NCBI GenBank assembly: GCA_934660865.1
Contig: CAKUIA010000021.1
Location: 8,201-40,200, forward strand
Length of the DNA stretch: 32,000 bases
From: an uncultured Opitutales bacterium
Lineage (GTDB): Bacteria > Verrucomicrobiota > Verrucomicrobiia > Opitutales > Intestinicryptomonadaceae
Direction of reading: 5' to 3'
A program made the translations under genes and the position numbers. The notes under the pieces were generated by a model. The model ran no database searches, was not told the origin of the DNA, and saw only the letters and a list, made by a program, of their open reading frames with translations. Shown here in pieces: positions 1 to 9,216 of this stretch (position 1 is its first letter; each line of letters starts with the position of its first letter).

Positions 1-71
1 ATCGTACACATAAGGCGCCGCCCCAAGCTTTGCAAAGACCGCAAAAAACAAAATAAAAAGCCGCAAAAATT

Positions 72-638
72 TCATTGTTTGGGCGGGGTAAATCGTTCGG
101 GTTTCGTCTCGTCGAAAGCCGCTTTTGCCGCGATTTTGTCTATATCTTTCGCCGAAAACAGCATTTCGGTTTTGTCGCCGTCCGGCTCGTAAACAACGGC
201 CTTTACGGGGGCTTTGCCGCCAAGCGTAATTTCTATTTTGGCGGCGAATTTTTTTACAAGTTCGTCTTTCGGCGCAAGCCATATTTTGCCGTTTTCGGTT
301 TTGCTTTCAAATTCCGAAAAGTCGCCCGAAATCATATTCAAAACCATTCGGGTAATCTGTTTTGTCTTTTCGGGCGCGGCGTTTTTTATAGGGCAAAGGG
401 CGCCGTTTTTTTCCTCGAACTGGAACACGCCGTTTTTGTTTATTATAAGAACGCTCTTATATGGGCTAAGAACCTGCCAGCGCACGTTTTCGCCGTCGCT
501 TACGGCAAGCGCCTTAGACGACAGCGTCTCGCCTAGCATTGCGTAGGTTTTTGTCTGCTCTATAAGCACGGCATTGGGGCCGGCAAAGCAGTGCGCGGCC
601 AAGCACGCCGCCGAAATTATGAATGTAAACTTTTTCAT
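72..638 (-). CDS. LolA-like secreted lipid/lipoprotein carrier-like protein
   Basis: 188-aa ORF with an N-terminal signal peptide (MKKFTFIISAACLAAHCFA). The C-terminal ...ERFTPPKQ resembles the F-x-F-x-PP ending of LolA-family proteins. ATGA overlap (635-638) with the upstream KS gene. LolA-like genes are standard members of APE-type clusters. The assignment rests partly on context. Confidence 0.5.
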   Translation of the reverse strand: MKKFTFIISAACLAAHCFAGPNAVLIEQTKTYAMLGETLSSKALAVSDGENVRWQVLSPYKSVLIINKNGVFQFEEKNGALCPIKNAAPEKTKQITRMVLNMISGDFSEFESKTENGKIWLAPKDELVKKFAAKIEITLGGKAPVKAVVYEPDGDKTEMLFSAKDIDKIAAKAAFDETKPERFTPPKQ

Positions 639-2788
639 AAAACTTCGAAAACAAGAATTGCCGCCCTGTTTGTGCTAGACAGCACATATTGCATATAGCG
701 CCCCTTGGCGCCGTTCTTTAGCGCCGCCAAAATTCCGAATGCCGAAGCAGAGTACGAGCTTCCGAGTTTTTCGTCTAAAAATTCGAATTTGCCGATTTTG
801 GCAGAAACGGCTTCGGTTATTTTTTCGGCAAATTTGTTGCGCGGCATAAGCGAAAAGCACTTAACAAAATCTTTGCAATTTGCATTGGCCAAAATCTGCC
901 CGACGCGTTCGGCCTCGGCTGCGGGGCTTTGGTCGCGTTTCGAAATATCAACAAAATCTATTTTTGCAAGGGGCTTAATGTTGCTTAATTCTTTGGACAG
1001 GTAGTAGGTTGCAGCCTGTTCGCTTAAGCAGGGCTTTGCGTGCGAATAGATTGAGTGGGCGTTCATAAACTCCTGCGCAAAGTGGTTGTATTCGTCGCTA
1101 GAGCCTACAAAGGCTGCGTCTATCGCGCTTGTCTTTATTTTGTTTATGGCGGTTTTTAGCGCACATTCAAACGAAATTTCCTTGGCCGAAACCGCAAAGT
1201 TTATGCCGTTTAATTTATGGCTTAGCGCCGCAAGCGAAGAGGCCGCGTTATGCACCGAATTTGTAAAGGAAAGCGGCTTTGCCGAATTTTCGCCCTCGGT
1301 TAAAATGGGCATTAAAAAGTTTTCGGTTTCGCCCGTCATGCCGAGCCCGGTTCCCAAACATACGCCCGTTCTTTTGGGGTTTGTTTCGGCGTTAAGGGAG
1401 TTTGCACATTCGCGCATTGCGCTTAGCAAAATCTGCTGGTGTCTGGACCACCTGCGCTTTTTTAGCGGCGATATGTTTTTTAGCGGCGTAAATGTTTGGC
1501 GTTTGCTTAAATCGCCGTAGTTTTCAAAAATTTGCGCCACATTTTCGCCCATATCCGAAAACGCCCCCAGCGAATAAACATAGCAGGGCTTTTCGTAAAA
1601 ATCTATTTTAGCGGTATTAAATTTCGAAAATATGGTGCACGAATTGTTGCCGCCAAACCCCAGAGAAAGCGACAGGACGCTTTCCAGGTTTTCCCTCGCA
1701 TTTTCGGTGGCGGGCTGCGGGGTAATTTCGGGGTCTTTGTCGGAAAAGCCCGTGCTTGCAAAGGCGGTGTTGTTTTGCATTGCCTCTATTGCCACTACTG
1801 CGTTAAGCAGGCCGCTTGCCCCCAATGTGTGCCCGAAAATTCCCTTTAAAGACGCGTAGCTGGGCACGTTTGAAAAGGCCCTGTTTAGGGCTTTAACTTC
1901 GGCTACGTCGTTGCCGGCGGTTCCCGTGCCGTGCGCGCATATAAACGAAATGGGCTTTTTGCCCGAAATCTTTAGCGCGCTTTCTATTGCCAAAAAGGCT
2001 CCCATGCCCTCGGGGTCGGGAGCGGTTGCGTGGTGTGCGTCGCACGACGACCCCCAGCCCGAAATATTCGCCAAAACTTTAAGCGAATTTTCTTCGACTG
2101 CCTTTTGGCTTGCCAAAATTAAAACGGCGCCGGCTTCGCCCAAATTTATGCCGTCGCGGTTTAAGTCGAAGGGCTTGCTAAAGTGTTTCGACAAAAGCAA
2201 AAGCGAGCCGAACCCGTTTAGGGTTATTCTGGAAAGGCTGTCGGCGCCGCAAACTACGGCAAAATCCAAATCGCCGCAGGAAATGGCGCAGGCTGCCGCA
2301 TCCATCGCAATAGACGAGCTTGAGCACGCCGTGGAAAACGCGCAGCATTGGCCGCTTGCCCCGATTTTTTTCGCCACAAATTCCGCCAAAGTGCTACATT
2401 CGTAGTAGCGCAGTGCCGAAAGGCTTTGGGTTTTGTTTTTTAAGTTGTCTATAATCGCGTTTTCGGTTTCGAAAACGCCGCCAATGCTTGTCCCCAAAAA
2501 TACGCCGCATTTGTATTTTTTTAGAATTTCGGCGTTAAAATTTAAAAGGCTTTGGTTTAAGGCCGCCAAAAGCATTTTGCCGCAGTTGGATATTTTCGAC
2601 GCGTTTTTTAATTCGGGTATTTCGGCCTGCGCCGAAAACCTGTCGGCAAACTTTTCGCTTTCGAACAGGTTTTGGTGTTTTAACGCGCGCCGCTGCAAAA
2701 GCGCCAGGTTGTAGGCCGCATTGGGGCTGCGGGCGCCTGCGCACCAAAGCCCGTGCGAAACTACGGCAATGCTTTGGCTCTTCATCAT
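635..2788 (-). CDS. Fused beta-ketoacyl-ACP synthase (KS) and chain-length-factor-like (catalytically inactive KS-fold) protein
   Basis: 717 aa. The N-terminal half has KS catalytic contexts: FSTACSSSSIAMD (Cys155), ICAHGTGTAGND (His286), GIFGHTLGASG (His320). The C-terminal half (about residues 400-717) is KS-fold-like (GVCLGTGLGMTGE, FVGSSDE). It has SAKEIS where TACSS is expected and GSSYSASAFG where GHxxGAxG is expected, so there is no Cys/His/His triad. ATGA overlaps on both sides. Confidence 0.85.
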   Translation of the reverse strand: MMKSQSIAVVSHGLWCAGARSPNAAYNLALLQRRALKHQNLFESEKFADRFSAQAEIPELKNASKISNCGKMLLAALNQSLLNFNAEILKKYKCGVFLGTSIGGVFETENAIIDNLKNKTQSLSALRYYECSTLAEFVAKKIGASGQCCAFSTACSSSSIAMDAAACAISCGDLDFAVVCGADSLSRITLNGFGSLLLLSKHFSKPFDLNRDGINLGEAGAVLILASQKAVEENSLKVLANISGWGSSCDAHHATAPDPEGMGAFLAIESALKISGKKPISFICAHGTGTAGNDVAEVKALNRAFSNVPSYASLKGIFGHTLGASGLLNAVVAIEAMQNNTAFASTGFSDKDPEITPQPATENARENLESVLSLSLGFGGNNSCTIFSKFNTAKIDFYEKPCYVYSLGAFSDMGENVAQIFENYGDLSKRQTFTPLKNISPLKKRRWSRHQQILLSAMRECANSLNAETNPKRTGVCLGTGLGMTGETENFLMPILTEGENSAKPLSFTNSVHNAASSLAALSHKLNGINFAVSAKEISFECALKTAINKIKTSAIDAAFVGSSDEYNHFAQEFMNAHSIYSHAKPCLSEQAATYYLSKELSNIKPLAKIDFVDISKRDQSPAAEAERVGQILANANCKDFVKCFSLMPRNKFAEKITEAVSAKIGKFEFLDEKLGSSYSASAFGILAALKNGAKGRYMQYVLSSTNRAAILVFEVL

Positions 2789-3045
2789 CGCTTCGACGAA
2801 ATGTAGTCTGCCAATGCGCCCATTGTGGCGAAAATCTTTTTGGCTTCGTCTTTGTCGTCTACCGAAATTTTATATTTGTTTTCGAGCATAACGATAAGCT
2901 CTAGGGCGTCTACCGAGTCCAGCCCAAGGCCGTCGTCCTCGAAAAGCGGGGTGTTTTCGTCGGCAAAATCCAAGTCGGCCGCCTGAATGTTCAGGGAAGA
3001 AGCCAGGTTCTTTTTTATGTCTGCAATCAAGTCTTGTCTGTCCAT
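2785..3045 (-). CDS. Acyl carrier protein
   Basis: 86 aa and acidic, with the phosphopantetheine attachment motif GLGLDSVDALELIVMLE. Overlaps the KS start by 4 nt. Confidence 0.85.
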   Translation of the reverse strand: MDRQDLIADIKKNLASSLNIQAADLDFADENTPLFEDDGLGLDSVDALELIVMLENKYKISVDDKDEAKKIFATMGALADYISSKR

Positions 3046-3091
3046 ATAATACGGAGCAATACTTGTCTACAACGCCGTTATAGGCAAGCAT

Positions 3092-3961
3092 TTATTCCCA
3101 ATAGTCGTAAAAATTGAACCATTGGTAGGGGTATTTCCTGACATAACATTCCAGCTGCCTTACGCACATTTGGGCAAATTCGTTTATGTCGGCGTGCATT
3201 TTTAAAGATTGCGCGCTGCAAAGCTCAAGCATTTGGTATCGGCAAAGGCCTTTTCTTACGCAAAGCGTTTGTATAATGCCCTTGCGCGCCGCCATTGCCA
3301 GTGCAAAAGGCGCAATCGAAAACTTTATTTTTTTGCCCAAAAACGGCGTTTCAATATATTTGCCGCCCGCGTACCTGTCGGAATGTATGGCAATAATGGT
3401 GCCGTTTTTAAGCTCTTTATACGCTGCAAGCGACGCAAATTCGTCTTCGTAGCCGCCAACGCTTTTAAGGGCGTCTATCTTGCTAGACTTTTCCCATAAA
3501 GAGGCAATTTTACCGTCTTCGGTTTGCGTGCCCAAAATTTTTACGGGGCACTTATATTGTTTTAAAGTATCGGCCGAAATTGCCCAGCCGCCGAAGTGCG
3601 CCGTTAAAACTACGCAGGAACCTCCTTTTTTTACAAAATCTGAAATTTCTTTGCCGCAAAGATTTGCAATTTTTATTTTTTTGCTTTTAAGGTGGTAGGC
3701 GGCTTTGTCTAAAAGGCATATTCCGAAGTTTAAAAAGTGCAGATACACTTTTAGCGAAAAATATGCGGGTTTTTTGCCGAAAACCATTTTTAGGTAGTTG
3801 CGCGAAATTGCGTTTAGCGACGGCCTAAAATACGCAAAATAAAACGCCACAAATACAAGCAACAAATATGCGGGAGCAAGCCCCGCCTTTAGCAGCATTG
3901 CAAAGCACCAGTTGCCGAAATAGCCGCCGTACGATTTGCCTTTCCATTTAACGTTTTGCAT
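3092..3961 (-). CDS. LpxL/HtrB-type (LPLAT superfamily) lipid acyltransferase
   Basis: 289 aa. N-terminal membrane anchor, then an LTAHFGGWA box that resembles the HxGNWE box of lipid A late acyltransferases, with Ala in place of the acidic residue. C-terminal YPYQWFNFYDYW is typical of this family. The position matches ApeD-like genes in APE-type clusters. Confidence 0.6.
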   Translation of the reverse strand: MQNVKWKGKSYGGYFGNWCFAMLLKAGLAPAYLLLVFVAFYFAYFRPSLNAISRNYLKMVFGKKPAYFSLKVYLHFLNFGICLLDKAAYHLKSKKIKIANLCGKEISDFVKKGGSCVVLTAHFGGWAISADTLKQYKCPVKILGTQTEDGKIASLWEKSSKIDALKSVGGYEDEFASLAAYKELKNGTIIAIHSDRYAGGKYIETPFLGKKIKFSIAPFALAMAARKGIIQTLCVRKGLCRYQMLELCSAQSLKMHADINEFAQMCVRQLECYVRKYPYQWFNFYDYWE

Positions 3962-6272
3962 TGTCTTTTATCAAAATGTTGCAAAGAGGGTATGTTATGC
4001 AGGTTGAGGCCAGATAAACGCACAATATCGAAAGCGCGGCGGCCGCCCCCAGACTTTTTAGCACGGGGCTTTGCGTTAACGCCAAAGAGCCGAATGCGAT
4101 TATTGTTGTAAGCGCCGAAAGCGCAACGCACGCCTGCGTTTTTGCGGGGGCAAAATTGCCGCTTTTTGCGCATATTGTAAACACGGCATAGTCTTGCGCC
4201 AAACAGATTGCGAAAATAACGAATATTGCGTTTACAGGATTTACCGAAATTTTAAATATGCCCATAAGGGCCGCCGCCCACAAAATTCCCAAAAACACGC
4301 TTAGCATTACAACAAGCGTTTTCTTTGCGCTTTTAAACATAAAAAGCAAATAGGCCACCGCAAACAATACGGCAAAACACGCAAATTTGGCCGTCCAGAT
4401 TTTCGAAAGCGACGCCATATTTTCGCCGAAAGCCCTTGCGTTGTACAGGCTTGCCGAAGGCATAAATTCCCTCAATTTCCGCTCAAGATTTTCGAAATTT
4501 TCGCCGTCGACATTCTTTATTACGGTAAGTGCCGCCTTTTGCGAAATGAAGTTTTCGGCAAAATCGCTAAACGGCGTTTTTTGCAGGCTTTCCATATTGT
4601 GCGCGTTTTGCGCGTTTAACACGGCGTCTTTAAAAAATTCGGGCTTAAAGCCAAGCTCTTTTGCCGATTCGTAAAAGTTTGCAACGGCCTGTTTGCCTTG
4701 CGGCGACGCCCAAAATTTTCGCCAAATTTCGAGGCTTTTTTGCGCGCTTTTGTTTGAGGGGCAAAGCACGCTTGCGCTTTTAAAGTCCAGATTTTGCCCT
4801 TTTAAAAATTCCGCCAAAAGCTCGTTGTTTTGCCTTAAAGCTTCGGGGGTGTCGGCATATACAACGGCGTAGGTGTCGTTGTAAAGGGCGTTTGCCCAAA
4901 GTTTGCCGATCAGCTGCAAGTCGGCCTTTCTTTGGGCGGAAATGCCGTTTAGCGAATTTATGTCGCTTTCGAATTTAATATTGTGCGCAAAAAACAGCGC
5001 GGGCAAAACCGAAAGGGCGGCCACCGCAAACAGCACTTTGCCGAAACGTTTTTGAATGCGGCATACTATCCGCCCGAACTTTTCGAAAACGGTTGTTTTT
5101 TGCAAATTAGCCTTTTTGTATAAAAAGGGTAGGCATAGCGTAAAGACCGCGGTAAGCAGAATGCCCAAAGCGCCGAAAACCCCTAGCTGTGCAAACCCCG
5201 TGTTCGAAAAGAAAAATATTATGGCAAAGGCCGCAATGCTGGTTCCCGCGGCAATGCAGACTGGCTTTGCAAAATCCGCCGCTATTTTGTTGGGGGTGCG
5301 TCCCGATTCTACGGCATAGATTATGTGTATTGCATAGTCTATGCCGACGCCCACGGCTATTGCCGCAAACGCCAGCGCTATCGCCGAAATTTTGTCGTAG
5401 ACAACAGTTAAAATGCAAAACGCCAACGCCATGCCCGCCAAAGACGGGATTATTGCAAATATTAAATTAAGCTTTCGCTTAAAGGCAACGGCGCAAATGC
5501 ACGCCAGCAAAACTGCGGTTATGTATAGCGATTTAGACGATTCGCTTTTCGAGATTTTCGCGTTTTCTGCTCCGGTAATGCAGCCGCCGCTAAAGGCGGT
5601 TTTTGTCCCGAATTTTTTGTCTATTTTTTGCGTCGCATTTTCTGCAAATTCGCAAAAATTTGCCGCCTTTTGCGTGTTCGAGGGAGGGAAATCTACCGTA
5701 GCTACAAGCAGCACATTGCCGTCTTTGCAAAGAAAACCGTTGTTTATTTCGCAGTTTTCGTCTTTAAACGCCGCCAGATAGCCGAAAACAACATTGCACA
5801 TTCCGAAGGGGTCTTTCGCCAAAATTTTCTTTGCAACCGCCCCCTCGGGCGAAAGCATTTTCCTTTTATATTCGGCCAGGCGCTTTTTGGTTTCCTCTTT
5901 TTTTAGGCTGTTTAAAAAGCTTTCGTAATTTGCGTAAAATATGTATGCAAACGAGTTTGTTATGTTGTCTATTGCGCTTTCGAAGTTTTCCGGGGAAGTT
6001 TTCGGGCGGTTTACCTTTGCGCCCGATTTTTCGAGCCTTTCCGATAAATCTTCGGCGGCCGTTAGGGCGTTTTTGCCCGAAATGTTAAAGTATACCTTTT
6101 TCGAAAAATCCAGATTTTCGGCGGCCTTTTTTTGCGATAAAATCGAGTCGTTTACAACGGCAAGTATGTCGAACGGGTTTTCGTCGAAAACCGCATTATG
6201 CAGGCGCAATGCGGCGAAAACGGCTATAAAAGCCGCTGTTAACGCGAAAATAAGCAGATTCTTTTTGCGCAT
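3948..6272 (-). CDS. MMPL/RND-superfamily predicted lipid exporter
   Basis: About 774 aa from the ATG at 6272; a GTG at 6308 is an alternative start. Two hydrophobic multi-TM bundles, each preceded by a large soluble domain. MMPL-like motifs GVGIDYAIHIIY and CLAQDYAVF sit in the two bundles. Overlaps the acyltransferase gene by 14 nt. Confidence 0.7.
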   Translation of the reverse strand: MRKKNLLIFALTAAFIAVFAALRLHNAVFDENPFDILAVVNDSILSQKKAAENLDFSKKVYFNISGKNALTAAEDLSERLEKSGAKVNRPKTSPENFESAIDNITNSFAYIFYANYESFLNSLKKEETKKRLAEYKRKMLSPEGAVAKKILAKDPFGMCNVVFGYLAAFKDENCEINNGFLCKDGNVLLVATVDFPPSNTQKAANFCEFAENATQKIDKKFGTKTAFSGGCITGAENAKISKSESSKSLYITAVLLACICAVAFKRKLNLIFAIIPSLAGMALAFCILTVVYDKISAIALAFAAIAVGVGIDYAIHIIYAVESGRTPNKIAADFAKPVCIAAGTSIAAFAIIFFFSNTGFAQLGVFGALGILLTAVFTLCLPFLYKKANLQKTTVFEKFGRIVCRIQKRFGKVLFAVAALSVLPALFFAHNIKFESDINSLNGISAQRKADLQLIGKLWANALYNDTYAVVYADTPEALRQNNELLAEFLKGQNLDFKSASVLCPSNKSAQKSLEIWRKFWASPQGKQAVANFYESAKELGFKPEFFKDAVLNAQNAHNMESLQKTPFSDFAENFISQKAALTVIKNVDGENFENLERKLREFMPSASLYNARAFGENMASLSKIWTAKFACFAVLFAVAYLLFMFKSAKKTLVVMLSVFLGILWAAALMGIFKISVNPVNAIFVIFAICLAQDYAVFTICAKSGNFAPAKTQACVALSALTTIIAFGSLALTQSPVLKSLGAAAALSILCVYLASTCITYPLCNILIKDNAKR

Positions 6273-6277
6273 AAAAC

Positions 6278-6991
6278 CTATTTTAAAGCCAGCTTTTTTA
6301 AAACGCACTTTGGCAGCAACAGGCTTTCGAAATACAGCCGCGTGTTCATAAGCGAAAATTTAAGGGTATCTAAAAACGGCTTGTAGTGCGAATTTTTTAG
6401 GCTTTCTTCGGTGTATACGGCCGGTATTTTAAGCTCTTTTAAGCCTATGTTGCCCCAGGCTGCCTTTACCAAAATTTCGGTTTCGAAAACAAAGCCCGAA
6501 AAATTCAGCCTAAGCTTTTCTATCTCTTTTAGCGGGTAGCACCTATAGCCGCATTGCGTATCGCCTATCTTTATTTTTGTTTCCCTGTAAAACCAAAAGT
6601 TCGAAAATTTGTTCATAAAAAGCCGCTTTGGCGGAATGGGCATTGTGGGGTGTTCAAAGTCTCTTACGCCAACGATTATCGATTCGGGGTTTTCGGAGGC
6701 GGCCCTTGCAAAATTTTGCGCAAATTCGGGCGGGTGCTGCATGTCGGCGTCTAAGGTTATGGCGTGCGTAAAGCCAACAGCAAGCGCCTTTTTAAAGGCA
6801 ATTTTTAGCGACTGCGCCTTGCCCAAATTTTTTTTGTTCCTTATAACAAGCGAGTTTTGATTTTTAAAGCTTACGGGGGTTTGCGAGCCGTCGTCTACAA
6901 CAATAGTAAAAAAATTGCGCGAGACTGTTTCGGCAACATAGTTTAGGCTTTTGTTGTGGTTGTAGCAGGCAATTACCGCACAGATTTTCAT
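6278..6991 (-). CDS. Family 2 glycosyltransferase
   Basis: N-terminus MKICAVIACYNH, then VVDDGSQ and the LDADMQH (DxD-type) motif. I prefer the ATG at 6991 over the ORF-track start at 7033, because GT2 enzymes begin directly with the beta1 strand. Confidence 0.8.
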   Translation of the reverse strand: MKICAVIACYNHNKSLNYVAETVSRNFFTIVVDDGSQTPVSFKNQNSLVIRNKKNLGKAQSLKIAFKKALAVGFTHAITLDADMQHPPEFAQNFARAASENPESIIVGVRDFEHPTMPIPPKRLFMNKFSNFWFYRETKIKIGDTQCGYRCYPLKEIEKLRLNFSGFVFETEILVKAAWGNIGLKELKIPAVYTEESLKNSHYKPFLDTLKFSLMNTRLYFESLLLPKCVLKKLALK

Positions 6992-7063
6992 AGGCAGACT
7001 TTTTGCGCTTGAATAGTGTTTATATAAAAGCAATAGTAATTTTTTATAAAAGGTATCTAAAAT
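6992..7063. promoter_or_regulatory. AT-rich divergent promoter spacer between the two main operons of the lipid cluster
   Basis: 72-bp gap between divergently oriented first genes (GT2 on minus, ACP on plus). It contains a perfect 10-bp palindrome TTTATATAAA (7019-7028) and TATAAA-like elements. No -35/-10 pair could be assigned with confidence. Confidence 0.35.
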
Positions 7064-7336
7064 ATGATAGTCAACAACGAAAATCTTGATAAAAGACGCA
7101 ACGTTTGTTCGGAGCTTAAAAGCAAGCTTATAGAGGCTTTGGATTTGCCCTATTTGCCGGGCGATTTGTCCGACGATATTCCCATTGTGGGCCTCGGCCT
7201 CGGGCTGGATTCGCTGGATATTCTGGAAGTTGTAAGCTGTGTGGAAAGCAATTTCGGCGTAAAAATGCCCGAATCGGGGCTTGGCGAGCTTCGCTCGATA
7301 AACACTTTGGTAGACTATATTTTGGCTAATAAATGA
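7064..7336 (+). CDS. Acyl carrier protein (second ACP of cluster)
   Basis: 90 aa with the motif GLGLGLDSLDILEVVSCVESNFG. ATGA overlap with the next gene. Confidence 0.8.
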   Translation: MIVNNENLDKRRNVCSELKSKLIEALDLPYLPGDLSDDIPIVGLGLGLDSLDILEVVSCVESNFGVKMPESGLGELRSINTLVDYILANK

Positions 7337-8400
7337 AAACTATGCTTTTAAGGGAAAATTGGGCGAATGCCGAAAAATTTGCAAACGTAGCGGGCAGCGA
7401 AGCCGTTGCCGTGTATAAATCGCTTAAAGACGAATATGCGGCCTTGCGCAACAGCGCGCTTTTAAGCGAATTGTCGTATTTAAAGCCCCTTGTATATACC
7501 GAAAGCGACGCCGCAGACAATCTCGACGCGGTTTTGACATCGAACATACTAAAGCTTAGGTACGGCAAGGTTATAGACTCTTTTTTGGCGGACAAAAACG
7601 GAAATATTGCCTCCGAAACCTTTGTGGCCGACACGGGCGACTTTATTTTGCTTTTTGCCGACGCTTTTGACAATGCCGACATTTCGGCTTTAAAAAACGG
7701 AGCGAAAGACGCAGGCGAAACTCATTGCGTTTTTTCGGTAGACGGGCCTTTGGCGTATAAGGCCGCAAAAGAGGTTTTCGGTTCCGACATTTTAAACCTT
7801 TCGTTTATGTCGTGCGAAACGTACAACTACGAGGGCGAAAAGGTTGTTTTGCTGCGCTGCGGCAAAACGGGCGAATTTGGCTATATGTTTTTTGCGCCGC
7901 TTGCGGTTGCAGACAGGCTTTTTAAACAGCTTAAAGGCGCGGTGGAAAATCTTGGCGGCTGCCTTGGAGGCTTTGAAGCTCTGGATTTGGCCGCGATGGA
8001 ATCGAACTTCTTTTGCGCAAGAAACGAGGGCGCAAAAATCGGCAATATGGCGCAGCTTGGGCTGTTGTGGGCGGTAGATTTCGACAAGGAATCGTTTTCG
8101 GGTTCCGAAAAAATATTCGAATACCGCAAAGACGAATCTTTAATGCCCGTAGTTTGCGTAAGGGGCAATATTGCCGAAAATGCCGAAATTTTCGCAAACG
8201 GCGAAAGCGTAGGGCGCGTTGTTTGCAGCAAATTCAGCTACGCGCTAAACGACAATTTGGGCATGGCAGTTTTCAATCGCAAATATGCGTTGGCGGGCTT
8301 CGAGTTTTCGTCGAAAGCCGGCGAAAACTTGGGCGACATTTCCACAATTTCGCGCCCGTGCGTTATGACAAAAAGCCTTGAAAACGGAATGGAGCAATAG
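7333..8400 (+). CDS. GcvT/YgfZ-fold (aminomethyltransferase folate-binding domain-like) protein, function unknown
   Basis: 355 aa. By-eye alignment to E. coli GcvT: FSVDGPLA vs IAVQGPNA; LLRCGKTGEFGYMFFAP vs IATTGYTGEAGYEIALP; ALDLAAMESNFF vs ARDTLRLEAGMNLY; GRVVCSKFSYALNDNLGMAVF vs [21 protein letters not shown]. Very divergent. Translationally coupled on both sides (ATGA at 7333-7336, TAGTG at 8398-8402). Confidence 0.55.
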   Translation: MKTMLLRENWANAEKFANVAGSEAVAVYKSLKDEYAALRNSALLSELSYLKPLVYTESDAADNLDAVLTSNILKLRYGKVIDSFLADKNGNIASETFVADTGDFILLFADAFDNADISALKNGAKDAGETHCVFSVDGPLAYKAAKEVFGSDILNLSFMSCETYNYEGEKVVLLRCGKTGEFGYMFFAPLAVADRLFKQLKGAVENLGGCLGGFEALDLAAMESNFFCARNEGAKIGNMAQLGLLWAVDFDKESFSGSEKIFEYRKDESLMPVVCVRGNIAENAEIFANGESVGRVVCSKFSYALNDNLGMAVFNRKYALAGFEFSSKAGENLGDISTISRPCVMTKSLENGMEQ

Positions 8401-9134
8401 TGAAATTTTCGGGTAAAACGGTTTTGGTTACGGGCGGCTCGCGCGGCATAGGGGCTGCCATAGTGGAGCTTTTTGCCGAAGAGGGCGCATTTGTATGCTT
8501 TACGTATAAATCCTCCGCGCAGCTTGCCGAAGATTTGGCAAAGAAAACGGGCGGCAAGGCGTATCAATGCGGGCAGGACAACCCAGCGGAAATCTCGCGC
8601 ATTGTAGACGAAATTTGCGCCGAGCGCGGCAGGATAGACATTCTTGTAAACAACGCGGGCATTACAAAAGACGGCTACATAATGCTTATGGGCGAAAACG
8701 ATTTTAAAAGCGTTATCGACACAAACCTTACGGGCGCGTTTTTGTGGACAAAGGCGGTTATGCGCAAAATGTATGCAAAAAAATCGGGCAGCGTTGTGTT
8801 TGTTTCGTCGGTGTCGGGCCTAACGGGCGTTGTAGGGCAGGCCAACTATGCGGCAAGCAAGGGGGCAATGCTTTCGTTTATGCGCGTTGCGGCTGCCGAA
8901 GGCGGCATGAAAGGCATTCGCGTAAACGCCGTTGCCCCCGGTTTTGTTAAGACCGATATGACGGCGAAAATGCCGCGCGCCATAGCGGCAGCCCAGTGCG
9001 AAAAAATTACGCTAAAGCGTTTTGCAGACCCCGTTGAAATTGCAAGGGCGGTTTTGTTTTTGGCGGGCGACGAGGCCTCGTACATAACGGGGCAGTGCCT
9101 TGTTGTAGACGGCGGGCTAATTTCGCACGCGTAA
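8400..9134 (+). CDS. fabG: 3-oxoacyl-ACP reductase (SDR family)
   Basis: 244 aa. GTG start overlapping the upstream stop. TGGSRGIGAAI cofactor motif, NNAGI, and the S...YAASKGA catalytic motif. Confidence 0.9.
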   Translation: MKFSGKTVLVTGGSRGIGAAIVELFAEEGAFVCFTYKSSAQLAEDLAKKTGGKAYQCGQDNPAEISRIVDEICAERGRIDILVNNAGITKDGYIMLMGENDFKSVIDTNLTGAFLWTKAVMRKMYAKKSGSVVFVSSVSGLTGVVGQANYAASKGAMLSFMRVAAAEGGMKGIRVNAVAPGFVKTDMTAKMPRAIAAAQCEKITLKRFADPVEIARAVLFLAGDEASYITGQCLVVDGGLISHA

Positions 9135-9139
9135 GGCTT

Positions 9140-9176
9140 GCGCGGAAAATGCGGCGTATTTTGCGCGCGGCTTTTG
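9140..9176. terminator. Candidate bidirectional hairpin terminator between convergent operons
   Basis: GCGCGGAAAAT-gcggcgt-ATTTTGCGCGC imperfect hairpin (one G.G mismatch) followed by CTTTTGG. Located in the 82-bp convergent gap. Confidence 0.35.
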
Positions 9177-9216
9177 GCTTTCGTTGTGTTTGCCAATATA
9201 TGGCCAAAAAAGCGTT

